Positions 39,997 to 50,545 of a stretch of 64,000 bases of DNA are shown one piece after another. The stretch comes from a virus: the UHGV virus genome UHGV-0033546; one strand, 5' to 3'. Numbering within the stretch: the stretch's first letter is position 1; the number at the start of each line of letters is the position of its first letter. The notes under the pieces are model-generated. The model had not been told where the DNA came from. It ran no database searches and saw nothing but the letters and a program-made list of their open reading frames with translations. A program made the position numbers and the translations under genes.

Positions 39997-40179
39997 TTAT
40001 CCTCGGCAATCCACTTCACATACTTTCTTGCCATCAATGAAAGCTTTAACTAATGCTTTATTAACTTCAGCATATTGAGTAGTAGCCCATTGAACGTCAT
40101 CTTTCATCATTGTGATTTCTTTAGTAAACATGCTTTCGTTCTTAAACCACCCCATAAAAACTACCTTTACCAATTCCAT
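39997..40179 (-). CDS. dmd: Dmd antitoxin (discriminator of mRNA degradation)
   Basis: 60-aa ORF adjacent to gene 41, first gene after the early promoter; size and position as T4 dmd (61.5). Confidence 0.7.
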   Translation of the reverse strand: MELVKVVFMGWFKNESMFTKEITMMKDDVQWATTQYAEVNKALVKAFIDGKKVCEVDCRG

Positions 40180-40208
40180 AACAATCTCCTCATTTAACCA
40201 ACAAGACT

Positions 40209-40238
40209 ACTATACCATAATCTTGTCAGCTTGTAAAC
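40209..40238 (-). promoter_or_regulatory. T4-type early promoter for the dmd unit
   Basis: minus strand GTTTAC-N18-TATAGT just after the gene 41 stop. Confidence 0.55.
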
Positions 40239-41665
40239 TAAAATTTTAATTCATTTGCCAAAGCATCTAACTGAGCTCGAGCGGATTCGTTTCTTTGATA
40301 GCGGTTCTGTTCAGCTTGAATCTGCTGTGAACCTGCTACTTCGTTCACTTCGGTTGGAGTAGAATCTTGTTCAATTTCTACCCATTTCTGATTTCCTTTT
40401 TGAACACCCATCAAAAACTTATTCCATTTATTCTTATCACCATATCGTGATTTGATTTGCTTAATGAGTTGTTGTTCAGCAGCTGCTAACTCTTCAGTTT
40501 CAATGACCGCAAGCATAAAATCGGCTGTCGCTGGAAGACCAGCAGATTCTGCTATATCACTCATGTTAACATCAGAAGAGTCCCAAGCTTGTTTACCAAC
40601 CTGCGCTGCAGTCCAAAGAACAGTTTCAGTTTCAACAGCCAGAGCACGTAATTCCTCTGCAATAGCTTTAACAGTTGTGTAACTATTTTCTGAATAAACT
40701 CGGATGCGGCACGATTTACAAATACCTAGATAGTCGACAATAATGATTGTTGGAACAAAATTCTTCTTGAGCTTCAATTCATTCAAGAGAGACCTGAATG
40801 TGTTAGCATCTGCTCCACCAGTAGGATACTGTTTAACAATTAAACGACCGAGAGTAGATTTCTCACGCCATTTTTCCATTTTTCCTTTATACTCAGCGTA
40901 AGAAATATGCCCATCATCAATGTCATCAAGAGAAACATCAAGCATATTAGCATCAATGCGCTTAGCACAGACTTCTTCTGCCATTTCCATGGAAATGTAA
41001 AGAACATTATGTCCAAGCTGCAAATAATCTGCTGCTAATGAACACAATCCTAATGACTTACCAACGTTAACACCAGCCATTAAAACGTTCAGTGTTCCAG
41101 TCTCAGCTCCGCCTTTAGTAATTTTATTCAGAATTTTGAGTCTAAATGGAACCTTACGAGCTTTATTCATATAAGATAGCCAACGTGCTTCGTAGTCATC
41201 CATCCAATCATGGCCAACGTAGCTATCAAATGAAATTGATAATGCTTGACGCATGATGTCAGGAATAGCACCTACATCTGGCATTTTCTTATTTCGTTTT
41301 TCCGGAGGAAGCTCAGCATTGGTTTGAATTTCAATTATTTTAGACGTAGCATTAAACATCGCCCTTTGCTGAACATATTTTTCTGTTTCTTTTACTAACC
41401 AACTGTGGTCTTCCGGAGAATCAGCTAGTTTTGAAATAAGTGTTTTTACACCAGAATATTCTGTTTCAGTAAATGAACTATTTTCTAATGCAACATTTAA
41501 CGCATTAATAGATGGAACGCTATGGTACTCATTGACATGAGATTTAATTAATTTGAATGTATTTTTAGCTGGACCACTTTCAAAATATTCTGAATCCATA
41601 TATGGCCAAACTTTTGAAAAATAAGCTTGATCAAATATGAGATGAGAAAGAATAATTTCTACCAC
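40238..41665 (-). CDS. 41: Replicative DNA helicase gp41 (DnaB family)
   Basis: 475 aa, T4 gp41 length. Confidence 0.95.
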   Translation of the reverse strand: MVEIILSHLIFDQAYFSKVWPYMDSEYFESGPAKNTFKLIKSHVNEYHSVPSINALNVALENSSFTETEYSGVKTLISKLADSPEDHSWLVKETEKYVQQRAMFNATSKIIEIQTNAELPPEKRNKKMPDVGAIPDIMRQALSISFDSYVGHDWMDDYEARWLSYMNKARKVPFRLKILNKITKGGAETGTLNVLMAGVNVGKSLGLCSLAADYLQLGHNVLYISMEMAEEVCAKRIDANMLDVSLDDIDDGHISYAEYKGKMEKWREKSTLGRLIVKQYPTGGADANTFRSLLNELKLKKNFVPTIIIVDYLGICKSCRIRVYSENSYTTVKAIAEELRALAVETETVLWTAAQVGKQAWDSSDVNMSDIAESAGLPATADFMLAVIETEELAAAEQQLIKQIKSRYGDKNKWNKFLMGVQKGNQKWVEIEQDSTPTEVNEVAGSQQIQAEQNRYQRNESARAQLDALANELKF

Positions 41666-41674
41666 ACTTACTCC

Positions 41675-42037
41675 TTAAAAGAATTTAAATTTTTTCTTTG
41701 ACCTTTTATTAAATGCATCTTGTAGTTGCATTGTAATACATTTTTCTACATGAGGAGCTAACTCAGCTTTTCTTTCTTGGTCAAGAACAGCAAAGTCCAT
41801 TACAACCTTTCCATCAACCCAATCTAATTTTGTCACATACACAATGTGTGTAGAACCATCTTCTAGTTTAATGACAATCTCCTGGATAACATTTTCCATG
41901 GCAGATTTAATTATCTTAAGAGATTCATTAAAAAGACGTTCTTTTCTTTCTTCTTCCCCCTCCGAAGAGGGGGATTCATCGATAATTTCTAGATCTAAAT
42001 CTAAATCATCTTTATTCATTAAATTCTTCCATATCAC
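41675..42037 (-). CDS. 40: gp40-like protein (120 aa)
   Basis: acidic N-terminus; position between uvsX and 41. Confidence 0.6.
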   Translation of the reverse strand: MIWKNLMNKDDLDLDLEIIDESPSSEGEEERKERLFNESLKIIKSAMENVIQEIVIKLEDGSTHIVYVTKLDWVDGKVVMDFAVLDQERKAELAPHVEKCITMQLQDAFNKRSKKKFKFF

Positions 42038-43193
42038 TTAACTGATCTAGGTCAGTTTCTAAATCAGCTGCTGATTTACTTTTACTTTCTGGAGATTTAA
42101 ATTTTTCAACCTTTGAGTTAATCAATTCATCAACTTCAGCTTCAACAATTTCATTACTATCAATAGCACCTAATTGATAAGCACGTTTAATAGCATCTCG
42201 GAATGGCTGATGCTTAAATAAAGGACCCCAGAATGTAGTGCAGTTGGTATCTTTTGCACGCCAAGATTTTTCTTCGCGAATCATCTCGCCGGTTTCTTCG
42301 TCAAGAAATTCACGAGCATACCAGCCATTTTTTGGTTTTACCACAAATCCTAATTCAAGAGCCATATCTAACAATCCAGAATAAGGATCGATACCACCGT
42401 CAAATTTAACATCAATAAAGAATTTACTTTTTTCTTTAACAGTACGAGATTTTTCTACATTTAGAACAAATTGATACCCCTGAAGATCAGAACCATCTTT
42501 AATCTGGCGCTTACCGATAATGAATACAGTATCAGCCGAATACATTACGCCTGTACCACCTGTCATCACGGTTTTACTAAACATTTCAATTGTTTCAATT
42601 GTATGGTTAACCGCAACACATGGAATATTTTTAATGCTAAAATAAGGAGTAACAATACGGAATAATGACTTCAGCGATTTAGCACGAGTCATATCTGCCA
42701 CAGATTTTTCATTCAAGGCATCTTCCGTTTCTTTCTTAGAAGCCATATTACCGATTGAGTCGATGAATACAATAACCTTTTCACCACGCTCAATAGCTTC
42801 AAGCTGATTCACCATATCAATTTTCAGCTGTTCAACTGACTGGATTGGCGTATGAATTACTCGTTCCGGGTCAACACCCATGGATCGCAAATAAGCTGGA
42901 GTAATACCAAATTCGCTATCATAAAATAGACAAACCGCGTCAGGATATTTGTTCAAATACGCCGCAACCATAGTCAAAGACATATTTGATTTAAAGTGTT
43001 TAGAAGGACCTGCAAAAATGGTTAAACCAGACTGCATACCACCATCAATCGCACCAGAAATAGCGATATTAAGCATTGGGATTTTTGTGCGAATTACATC
43101 CTTTTCATTAAAGAATTTAGATGTAGTCAGTTCAGCAGTCATTTTAGAAGTGGAAGCTTTAATCAAACGGGATTTTAAATCTGCAATAGACAT
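42012..43193 (-). CDS. uvsX: UvsX recombinase (RecA/Rad51 family)
   Basis: 393 aa; matches T4 UvsX from memory. Confidence 0.95.
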   Translation of the reverse strand: MSIADLKSRLIKASTSKMTAELTTSKFFNEKDVIRTKIPMLNIAISGAIDGGMQSGLTIFAGPSKHFKSNMSLTMVAAYLNKYPDAVCLFYDSEFGITPAYLRSMGVDPERVIHTPIQSVEQLKIDMVNQLEAIERGEKVIVFIDSIGNMASKKETEDALNEKSVADMTRAKSLKSLFRIVTPYFSIKNIPCVAVNHTIETIEMFSKTVMTGGTGVMYSADTVFIIGKRQIKDGSDLQGYQFVLNVEKSRTVKEKSKFFIDVKFDGGIDPYSGLLDMALELGFVVKPKNGWYAREFLDEETGEMIREEKSWRAKDTNCTTFWGPLFKHQPFRDAIKRAYQLGAIDSNEIVEAEVDELINSKVEKFKSPESKSKSAADLETDLDQLSDMEEFNE

Positions 43194-43270
43194 TCATTTT
43201 TTCCATAGGCATCATTATATTTTCCTCACTGGTTAAAGATAGAGTAATTATAACACAATAAATTTAGGCA

Positions 43271-44119
43271 TTAATCAACTGCTATTGGATGAATAGCATT
43301 AAACTTATGAAATGCTTCTGATTTTTCTTTACGCGAAACACACATACGAAGAACCTTTAATGGCTCGTCTTCTTCACCCAACGATTTTCGTTTTTCAATA
43401 TTAGAAGTTTTCCAACGAGCTTGCTCTGGAAACTCTCTATTGATTTGCTCAAGAGCTCTATTATGTTTTGAATTACTACGAATTGAACTACACCCACCAG
43501 GAGCTTGTGCTTTTCCAGATACAACTAGATATTTGAACAAGGCCAAATGCGGATAACCTTGATTAATTAAATTGAGAAATGCATACATATCTTCGCATAA
43601 ATCAATTTTTCCATACCCAATTTGTTCTGTGGTAAGTTTTCCTAAATCATACCATGTATTTGTGAATCCATATGAATTTTCACGATAATTACCCCAAGAT
43701 GAAGTAATTTTAAAAATTGGTAGACGAGCATGGCCATGATAATACCCGCAATCCATGGCATCTTCAACGTATTGAATCAATTCATAGAACTGTTCACGAG
43801 TTAATTGATTAATTTTATCTACGCAGCGACGATCATCTTTCTTTCGCATTGAACTCATACGAATAGTAGTATCATCATCAATCATCCAAATTCGTTGACC
43901 TGCATACATATCAGTAATTGCTTTACGAGTACCAGCAATTCCGTTAACATCATCAGGAATAGTTATAATTTTAGCTCTAGACCCGTAAGCGTCATAATAA
44001 GCTTTTTCTTCATGTTTACGCACTACAATATGGGGTTCATAATCAGTCGGAAACATATCAAGGGCAGAAACTGCCCCGACACGCTGATAACTTGGAATTA
44101 CGAATTGAATCATTTCCAC
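43271..44119 (-). CDS. Candidate DNA glucosyltransferase (GT-A-like), possibly the T2/T6-type beta-glucosyl-HMC alpha-glucosyltransferase
   Basis: 282 aa (T4 beta-gt is 351 aa); DxD-like WMIDDDTT; sits between uvsX and 42. Confidence 0.45.
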   Translation of the reverse strand: MEMIQFVIPSYQRVGAVSALDMFPTDYEPHIVVRKHEEKAYYDAYGSRAKIITIPDDVNGIAGTRKAITDMYAGQRIWMIDDDTTIRMSSMRKKDDRRCVDKINQLTREQFYELIQYVEDAMDCGYYHGHARLPIFKITSSWGNYRENSYGFTNTWYDLGKLTTEQIGYGKIDLCEDMYAFLNLINQGYPHLALFKYLVVSGKAQAPGGCSSIRSNSKHNRALEQINREFPEQARWKTSNIEKRKSLGEEDEPLKVLRMCVSRKEKSEAFHKFNAIHPIAVD

Positions 44120-44850
44120 TCACCATTATAATCTTTTTTCGCAATATGAGTTTCGCCAGTATTCCACCAATGGTCAACCAAATAAAACTGATTTTCGTAC
44201 ACATGAAGACTTCCGACATTCCATATAATAGAACCTGCTTTATACTGTCGTGATGGGTCGCCTGCATTCAAATCAGATACTAATTTATCTAGTACGTATT
44301 TTTGCCACGCATAATCATTACGATAGCCTGCCCAGCAGTCATTGCTTCTCATATTAACAACTGCATTGACTTTCTTATCACGAATCAGGTACTGTACTGT
44401 ATTAGTACACATGAAATCTGACATGCCGTCTTTGTTGTAGTCAAACTGCATAGATGGACGAGTATAAATCATGATACCACGCCGAGAATCAGGATTTTGA
44501 CCAAGTTCAGCTAAACACATATCATACTGGGCATAGTTATTTTCTGACCAGATAGCCCAACCATAATTCGAGTTAATTTCGCCTTTAGAAGATGCTACCT
44601 GCTGCCAAATCTTTGGTGTTTCACCTGGAATATCTTTAACAAACAAGCTCTTAGATTTATACCATTCAAGTTCACGCTGAATGTATTCATCATTAAGAGC
44701 GCCAAAAATAAACGGTTCATCTGCTACAAATGATGCGCCAATAATTTCAATAGTTTTAACACCAGTTTTATCAACTACGAAATCTTTTTCCTTTAATGCA
44801 AGCCCCAAATGAAGACGGATTTCTTCAACTGTCATAGAGTCACTAATCAT
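44110..44850 (-). CDS. 42: dCMP hydroxymethylase gp42
   Basis: 246 aa, thymidylate-synthase-like; T4 gp42 length. Confidence 0.9.
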   Translation of the reverse strand: MISDSMTVEEIRLHLGLALKEKDFVVDKTGVKTIEIIGASFVADEPFIFGALNDEYIQRELEWYKSKSLFVKDIPGETPKIWQQVASSKGEINSNYGWAIWSENNYAQYDMCLAELGQNPDSRRGIMIYTRPSMQFDYNKDGMSDFMCTNTVQYLIRDKKVNAVVNMRSNDCWAGYRNDYAWQKYVLDKLVSDLNAGDPSRQYKAGSIIWNVGSLHVYENQFYLVDHWWNTGETHIAKKDYNGEWK

Positions 44851-45003
44851 TTAAACCTCAATTGATACATTCATATTTAACTTGTAACAGTAATAAACTC
44901 CAACCTAAAATAATAGTTGGAATCATAAGAGGAACCGTTACACTATAGTATATACTTATTATAATCATCAAGATTAAAAGCAATGCTGCTATAATTTTGC
45001 TTT

Positions 45004-45255
45004 TCATTCCTTCTCTCTGATGATAATTACTTGATTTGGTTGTGCAGACTTTTTAGTTTCACCTGCAATTGACCAAATAAATGTAATAAACCAACCAATA
45101 ATTGACCAATTAAACAGTAAAGATGTGAAAAAGATTCCTACTGTCGATTTTGACCCACGCATCAAGGCGATGAACCACGGAAGCATGTATATAATAATAG
45201 CCAACACGCCTGAAACTAAAACCATAAAAATTGAACCTGCTACTAAAGTTTCCAT
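45004..45255 (-). CDS. imm: Superinfection immunity protein Imm
   Basis: 83 aa, two transmembrane segments; T4 Imm length and position. Confidence 0.8.
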   Translation of the reverse strand: METLVAGSIFMVLVSGVLAIIIYMLPWFIALMRGSKSTVGIFFTSLLFNWSIIGWFITFIWSIAGETKKSAQPNQVIIIREKE

Positions 45256-45262
45256 GTTTTCC

Positions 45263-45643
45263 TCACTTAGTCAAATTTTTTACACATGAATTATAAGAAT
45301 TCACTACATACTCCATCGGAGCATTTTTACCAGTACGCCATTGGTAATTATTAGCCCAATTAGCCCAAAGTTCGGCACAGTAGTTTTCAATTTTTTCTTC
45401 GCGTGTAATTACATCTGAATTACGATATGCTTGAGCAGATTCATCTGGACGAATAGCCTCGTCAAAATTCGCCTGCATTTGTTCTACCGTCTGTTTTGGA
45501 GCTTCTTTATAACACTTGACGTTAGGATTATAAAACTTACTTGAACAGTTTACAATTTTTCCTACATCAGATTGATTTACTACCGGTCCTTGAGCTACAC
45601 AACCAGTAAGACCCAATGCAATAACTAAAATAGTGATTTTCAT
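45263..45643 (-). CDS. Predicted lipoprotein (126 aa)
   Basis: ORF trimmed to MKITILVIALGLTGC (lipobox LTGC) with GGAG RBS, downstream of early promoter. Confidence 0.6.
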   Translation of the reverse strand: MKITILVIALGLTGCVAQGPVVNQSDVGKIVNCSSKFYNPNVKCYKEAPKQTVEQMQANFDEAIRPDESAQAYRNSDVITREEKIENYCAELWANWANNYQWRTGKNAPMEYVVNSYNSCVKNLTK

Positions 45644-45677
45644 TTCATTCTCCAAATCTGTATTGGTTGATAGTTGT

Positions 45678-45707
45678 ATAGTACCATGGAAGAACAGGGA
45701 TGTAAAT
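45678..45707 (-). promoter_or_regulatory. T4-type early promoter (variant -35 ATTTAC)
   Basis: minus strand ATTTAC-N18-TACTAT, same 60-bp family. Confidence 0.5.
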
Positions 45708-45788
45708 AGTTTTGTGAAAAAATTTTTAATGAATTTACAGGACCTAGAATCATCTATTTTTCCTAAGTATAGATTTATATTACTTGTA

Positions 45789-45811
45789 TGAAAAAGGGAC
45801 CCGGAGGTCCC
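45789..45811 (-). terminator. Terminator-like hairpin after gene 43
   Basis: minus strand GGGACC-TCCG-GGTCCC followed by TTTTTC. Confidence 0.6.
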
Positions 45812-45824
45812 TAGATTTATTCTA

Positions 45825-48521
45825 TCAGCCAAACAGGAAGTCTAACGAAGCTTTTTCCTCATAGTCCATACCTGCAGATTCACACATACCCGCAAGCGGT
45901 TTAACAAACGATTTTTGGAACAAAGTTGAGTAGTCAATCCAAGACAGTACGTCAGAACGAATTTCTTTTGGAAGTTCCGTACCCGATGGCCAAGCAATGC
46001 ACTTATCACCAAATGGATTTCCTTCACGTAATGGAAGAACCATTACCTTATTTCCATCCAAAATTGGAGCTACACCTAAACCGTTAACAGCTCGACGATA
46101 AGTTAGTACACCACGAATATGGAACGGACATTTAAATCCTGGCCAACCTTTATCATCATATTTCGCTATATCGTTCGCAGTTTTTACTTCAGCAATAACT
46201 TTATAGTCAAGTTGACGATATTCTTTCTCGAAGTTCTTGTAATATTCTTGGACAGACTCTTCACCTTCCTGAAGAATACGACGAATACTTTCTTCGAGAG
46301 CTTCTTGGACCGCTTTAGGCGTTGAGCTCTGCTGAGTTTCCATACCCATGATTTTTAGATGCGGTTCGGCAAATCGCTTATCTTCCATATCATAAACGTT
46401 CAGAGCATAACGTTTTTTCGCTTTCCAAAATCCACCGACACCCTTTGAACCAAGCGGAGGGCAAGAAATAGCTTCACGGTCCATATGCATCAGATGCTCG
46501 CGGTTATTCATATAATCACATAACTCGCGATATGCAACATCAATCATAGGTTCCATCTTTTTCTTACCGAACTGATTCATGAATTCAACTAAATCATTTT
46601 GTTCTTTAAAGCGATCAAGACCTACTTTTTCAATAACTTTATCTACACAAACATATACCGAATCAGTATCACCTGCTGCGATGAAATCTTCACCATTAGT
46701 TCCACATACTTTATTCAGATATTCATTAATTTTGCGAGCAATCCACTGAATACCGACTTGACCGAAAATTGTGATAGCAGTAGCATTTCGCAAATCATAG
46801 TAACGGAAATGAATATTACCAAGAGCACCATAAAGACTGTTAATAAGAATTTTACGGTTCAGCTGATTTGTGTTAGCAAGTGTAGCAGCTTTTTCACATT
46901 CTTCAATCAGACTATTAAGAACAGATTCGGTGTAATTCGATAATTCGTTTAAGAAATCATCACTGAACTTAACATATCGTTCAACTTCTGGTTTAGTTGA
47001 GCAAGACCCTGCACCTTTCATAATAATCTTTTTAATAGCTTCGGCATTCATTTCTTCCGCGAACATTTTCTTTTTCCAATCTTTACGCTGGAAAAATACT
47101 TTAGCGATTTCCTTTGGAATGATACCTTCTTGGTGCTTATCATACATCCATCCATTCGGAGAGCAAGAATATTCATCACTTGGCTTAGGAGCTGTTCCTG
47201 CGATATATTCATGAATTGGATGAACTTTAAACTGCCCACGAATAGTCTCAGGACTAATGTTAACCTGACGAATAATGCTAGGATACAGAGACGTCAAGTC
47301 AAAACTCATAATGTATCGACGAGCAATCGGTTTAGGTTCAAACACAAATGCACCTGGAAAACTCTGTTTAACGTGCGAACCTTGTTGAGGAATAACCTTA
47401 TGTTCACCTTTCAATGAGTTAAAAATAATAGCATCCCAAGTTTTAATAGGACTCATTACACCAGAAAAAGGCATTTTAGCATAATAAGACATACTTAAAA
47501 CTAGATCGATAAACCCACGAATTTTATCAATTGCTTGAACTGATTCTACGTCAATGATGTTATAACTAATGTATCGTTGATGATTAGTCTCACGAAGTTT
47601 ATTAATAGGACCATCGTACGGCAATTTACCTTTTTTGGTTTCATGTTGAGCAACTGATTCCAAAGAGAATGACGGCAAATTAGTAAAAGCGAATTTCTTG
47701 TACAAATCTAAATAATCAAGAATAGATACGCCATCAATAGAATAAATTTCTTTGCTACCATACATATTTTGAATTAGTTTAGATTTTACTCGACCGATTG
47801 GAGAGAAGCGTTTCATACTGCGTTCGCCCAGAACCATTTTAACACGATTCATGATATACGGAACGTCAAATCCCTCAATATTCCAACCGGTAAAAATAGC
47901 AGGTCGTTTCTGTTCCCAGAGATTAATATATTCCATGAGCATATCACGCTCATTATCGAATGGCATATAAATTACTCGGTCAAGAATTTCTTGAGGAACT
48001 TCATCACCACCTTCACAGTCAAGCTTAGCAGCTAACTTTGCATCCCATTTTGATACTGAACCGTACATTGAATTCAAAAGGTCGAAAACATAAAAACGAT
48101 CATCAATTGAATCATAATGGGTGATAGCATCAATTTCATATTCTGCTTTCATTGGGTCAGGAAATTTATCACCAGTAACCTCAATGTCGCAGTTAGCTAC
48201 ACGAACAAATTTTCGGTCATAAACAATTTCTGAACCATATGTATCACTGATATAAGCGAGTTTAAAATCGTTCATACCAAGAGCTTCGAGACCGATGTCT
48301 TCCATTCGTTTCATCCAATCTCGGGCATCTTTCATTGATGGAAATTTTTGAGGAGCACAGTTTTTACCGTAAATGTCTTTGTACTTTGACTCTTCCTTAC
48401 AGTGCCTAAACATAGTCGGAAGATATTCTACTTCGCGAGTACGTTCCTTTCCGTTTTCATCAATATAACGCTCAACAATGTTATTTCCGACTGTTTCAAT
48501 AGAGATATAAAATTCTTTCAT
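45825..48521 (-). CDS. 43: DNA polymerase gp43 (family B)
   Basis: 898 aa, same length as T4 gp43; exonuclease and polymerase motifs. Confidence 0.97.
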   Translation of the reverse strand: MKEFYISIETVGNNIVERYIDENGKERTREVEYLPTMFRHCKEESKYKDIYGKNCAPQKFPSMKDARDWMKRMEDIGLEALGMNDFKLAYISDTYGSEIVYDRKFVRVANCDIEVTGDKFPDPMKAEYEIDAITHYDSIDDRFYVFDLLNSMYGSVSKWDAKLAAKLDCEGGDEVPQEILDRVIYMPFDNERDMLMEYINLWEQKRPAIFTGWNIEGFDVPYIMNRVKMVLGERSMKRFSPIGRVKSKLIQNMYGSKEIYSIDGVSILDYLDLYKKFAFTNLPSFSLESVAQHETKKGKLPYDGPINKLRETNHQRYISYNIIDVESVQAIDKIRGFIDLVLSMSYYAKMPFSGVMSPIKTWDAIIFNSLKGEHKVIPQQGSHVKQSFPGAFVFEPKPIARRYIMSFDLTSLYPSIIRQVNISPETIRGQFKVHPIHEYIAGTAPKPSDEYSCSPNGWMYDKHQEGIIPKEIAKVFFQRKDWKKKMFAEEMNAEAIKKIIMKGAGSCSTKPEVERYVKFSDDFLNELSNYTESVLNSLIEECEKAATLANTNQLNRKILINSLYGALGNIHFRYYDLRNATAITIFGQVGIQWIARKINEYLNKVCGTNGEDFIAAGDTDSVYVCVDKVIEKVGLDRFKEQNDLVEFMNQFGKKKMEPMIDVAYRELCDYMNNREHLMHMDREAISCPPLGSKGVGGFWKAKKRYALNVYDMEDKRFAEPHLKIMGMETQQSSTPKAVQEALEESIRRILQEGEESVQEYYKNFEKEYRQLDYKVIAEVKTANDIAKYDDKGWPGFKCPFHIRGVLTYRRAVNGLGVAPILDGNKVMVLPLREGNPFGDKCIAWPSGTELPKEIRSDVLSWIDYSTLFQKSFVKPLAGMCESAGMDYEEKASLDFLFG

Positions 48522-48560
48522 AGATATTCCTTAGTTTATAGCCCGAGTTATTAGGCTCTT
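48522..48560 (-). promoter_or_regulatory. Gene 43 translational operator
   Basis: mRNA reads GAGCC-UAAUAACUC-GGGCU ... AAGGA ... AUG; the AAUAACUC loop is the one I recall for the T4 gp43 operator. Confidence 0.7.
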
Positions 48561-48599
48561 GATATATTATACTCCAAATAAGGGGCCGAAGCCCCTTGC

Positions 48600-48968
48600 T
48601 TAATTACCAATCGTATATTTAGGAACGAGTTTCCATTCATGTTTTTGTTTAAAAGAAATAACTCGGAAGTTATTAGTTAGATCTTTCATAAAAGTTCTTT
48701 GACCTGGAGCGATTTCAATCAGTCCCCAATCTTCTAACAGCCACGCAATCGAATCACGGCGAACTTCATCTTCTTCTGTCATTTCAACCTGACGGCCATC
48801 CATACGAAGCATTTCTTTAAAATGAACGATATAGTATAGTCCTTTTTTCTGAAGAATATGACAGGACTGATACAAAACTTTATCTTTATTATTAGCAATT
48901 CCCATACGAGTCAAAGTTTCTTTTACTTTCAGAAAATCTTCAGGTTTTTTAAGAGTAATTTCAATCAT
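48600..48968 (-). CDS. regA: Translational repressor RegA
   Basis: 122 aa; T4 RegA length and position. Confidence 0.9.
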   Translation of the reverse strand: MIEITLKKPEDFLKVKETLTRMGIANNKDKVLYQSCHILQKKGLYYIVHFKEMLRMDGRQVEMTEEDEVRRDSIAWLLEDWGLIEIAPGQRTFMKDLTNNFRVISFKQKHEWKLVPKYTIGN

Positions 48969-48969
48969 T

Positions 48970-49533
48970 TTACCATTCCAATGCTAGTTTTTTGAGTTGT
49001 TTCTGTTCTTTTACATTCTTAGTCACTTCTTTTAAAAAATCATCCGTGACTAAACCTTTTAGTTCTTTTAATACTAAAGGAAGTTTTCCATTTTTAGTAA
49101 GAATTGATTTATAGTTAATTGCATCATTTGTATTAACTTGATACCGTTTAGCAAGTAACTTAATAATCAATACTTCGGTAGAATCTTCAACCAGTTTTGC
49201 CCATTTACCATATCTTTTACCACGAGGAACTGCAGCCATCAGATAATTAAAATGAGCTTCATCACTTAATCCGGAACCGATTAAATTCATTGCATATACA
49301 GCTGGCATGCACTCCGGAAATTGTGATAATGCATTTTCAACCATGAATTTTGAATAATCTTTTTGAGCAATAGAGCATTTAGTTTTATTATTAATAGCTC
49401 CAATTATTTCAAAAAATTCATTTTCAGATTTTTCCTTAAAAGAATCAGCAGCAGATTGGACAGCTGTCCAATCTTTTGAATACCAAGCAACTTGATGCTT
49501 GTTTAATTGAATATCATCTTCAAATAAGCTCAT
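48970..49533 (-). CDS. 62: Clamp loader small subunit gp62
   Basis: ORF-track 194 aa trimmed to MSLFEDD (187 aa as T4 gp62). Confidence 0.85.
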   Translation of the reverse strand: MSLFEDDIQLNKHQVAWYSKDWTAVQSAADSFKEKSENEFFEIIGAINNKTKCSIAQKDYSKFMVENALSQFPECMPAVYAMNLIGSGLSDEAHFNYLMAAVPRGKRYGKWAKLVEDSTEVLIIKLLAKRYQVNTNDAINYKSILTKNGKLPLVLKELKGLVTDDFLKEVTKNVKEQKQLKKLALEW

Positions 49534-49534
49534 A

Positions 49535-50494
49535 TCACTTCCACTGCATTTCACATGCTAATTGAATGAAAAGATATGCTAAATGTAATTCCGTATTAGC
49601 CGCAATTCCATGATACTGATTATTTTCACCAACAATTTCATACATACGAATAATACTTTGCGGAGTTACACGTGAATAAATTTCTTCGGCAAGTTTACCT
49701 ACGAACCACGAATAATCAGCTGCATATTTTGGTGCTAAAGCTCTGAGTTGTTTAACATCTTTATTTTTGAGAGACTCAAGAACATCATCAATAGCACCAC
49801 GATCGTTAGTAACCAATGATAAAATACCAGCATCCAAAACACCTTTAGATGAATAACTATCGAGCTCACCAATAGTTTTACGAAAATCAGGAAAATTCTT
49901 TTTAACCAAAGCTGCTACAACTTTCATATCAGCTATAGCAATTCCTTCATGCTTGCAGATTTCAGTCAATCGACGAATCATCTGCTTCATCATTTCAATT
50001 TTATCTTCATCAGTCGGTTGACCGAATGTAATAACTCGGCAGCGTGACTGAAGCGGTTTAATAATACCATCAATATTGTTAGCAGTAATAATAATACTAC
50101 AGTTTGAACTATAAGCTTCCATAAAGGAACGAAGATGTCGCTGAGACTCTGCTAACCCTGAACGGTCAAATTCATCAATAACGATTACTTTTTGACGACC
50201 ATCAAATGAAGCTGCACTAGCAAAATTAGTCAAAGGACCACGAACGAAATCAATTTTACAATCTGACCCATTCACAAACATCATATCAGCATTTACATCA
50301 TGACACAATGCTTTTGCTACAGTTGTTTTACCTGTTCCTGGAGAAGGAGAATGAAGAATAATATGTGGAATCTTACCTTTACTTGTAATAGATTTAAAGG
50401 TTTCTTTATCAAAGGCGGGAAGAATACATTCATCGATAGTAGATGGACGATATTTCTGTTCAAGAATGTGTTCTTTTTCATTTACAGTAATCAT
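49535..50494 (-). CDS. 44: Clamp loader large subunit gp44 (AAA+)
   Basis: ORF-track 324 aa trimmed to MITVNEKE (319 aa); Walker A GTGKT. Confidence 0.95.
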
Positions 50495-50545
50495 AATTTC
50501 CTCATTCAAGTTTTAGTGTAAATTATAAAGGGCCGAAGCCCTTTA

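Noticed and set aside
48566-48597. Possible gene 43 promoter (GGAGTATAAT on the minus strand)
   Set aside because: A -10 is present but the -35 region is occupied by the UUCG hairpin and has neither GTTTAC nor a clean MotA box, so no promoter call was made.
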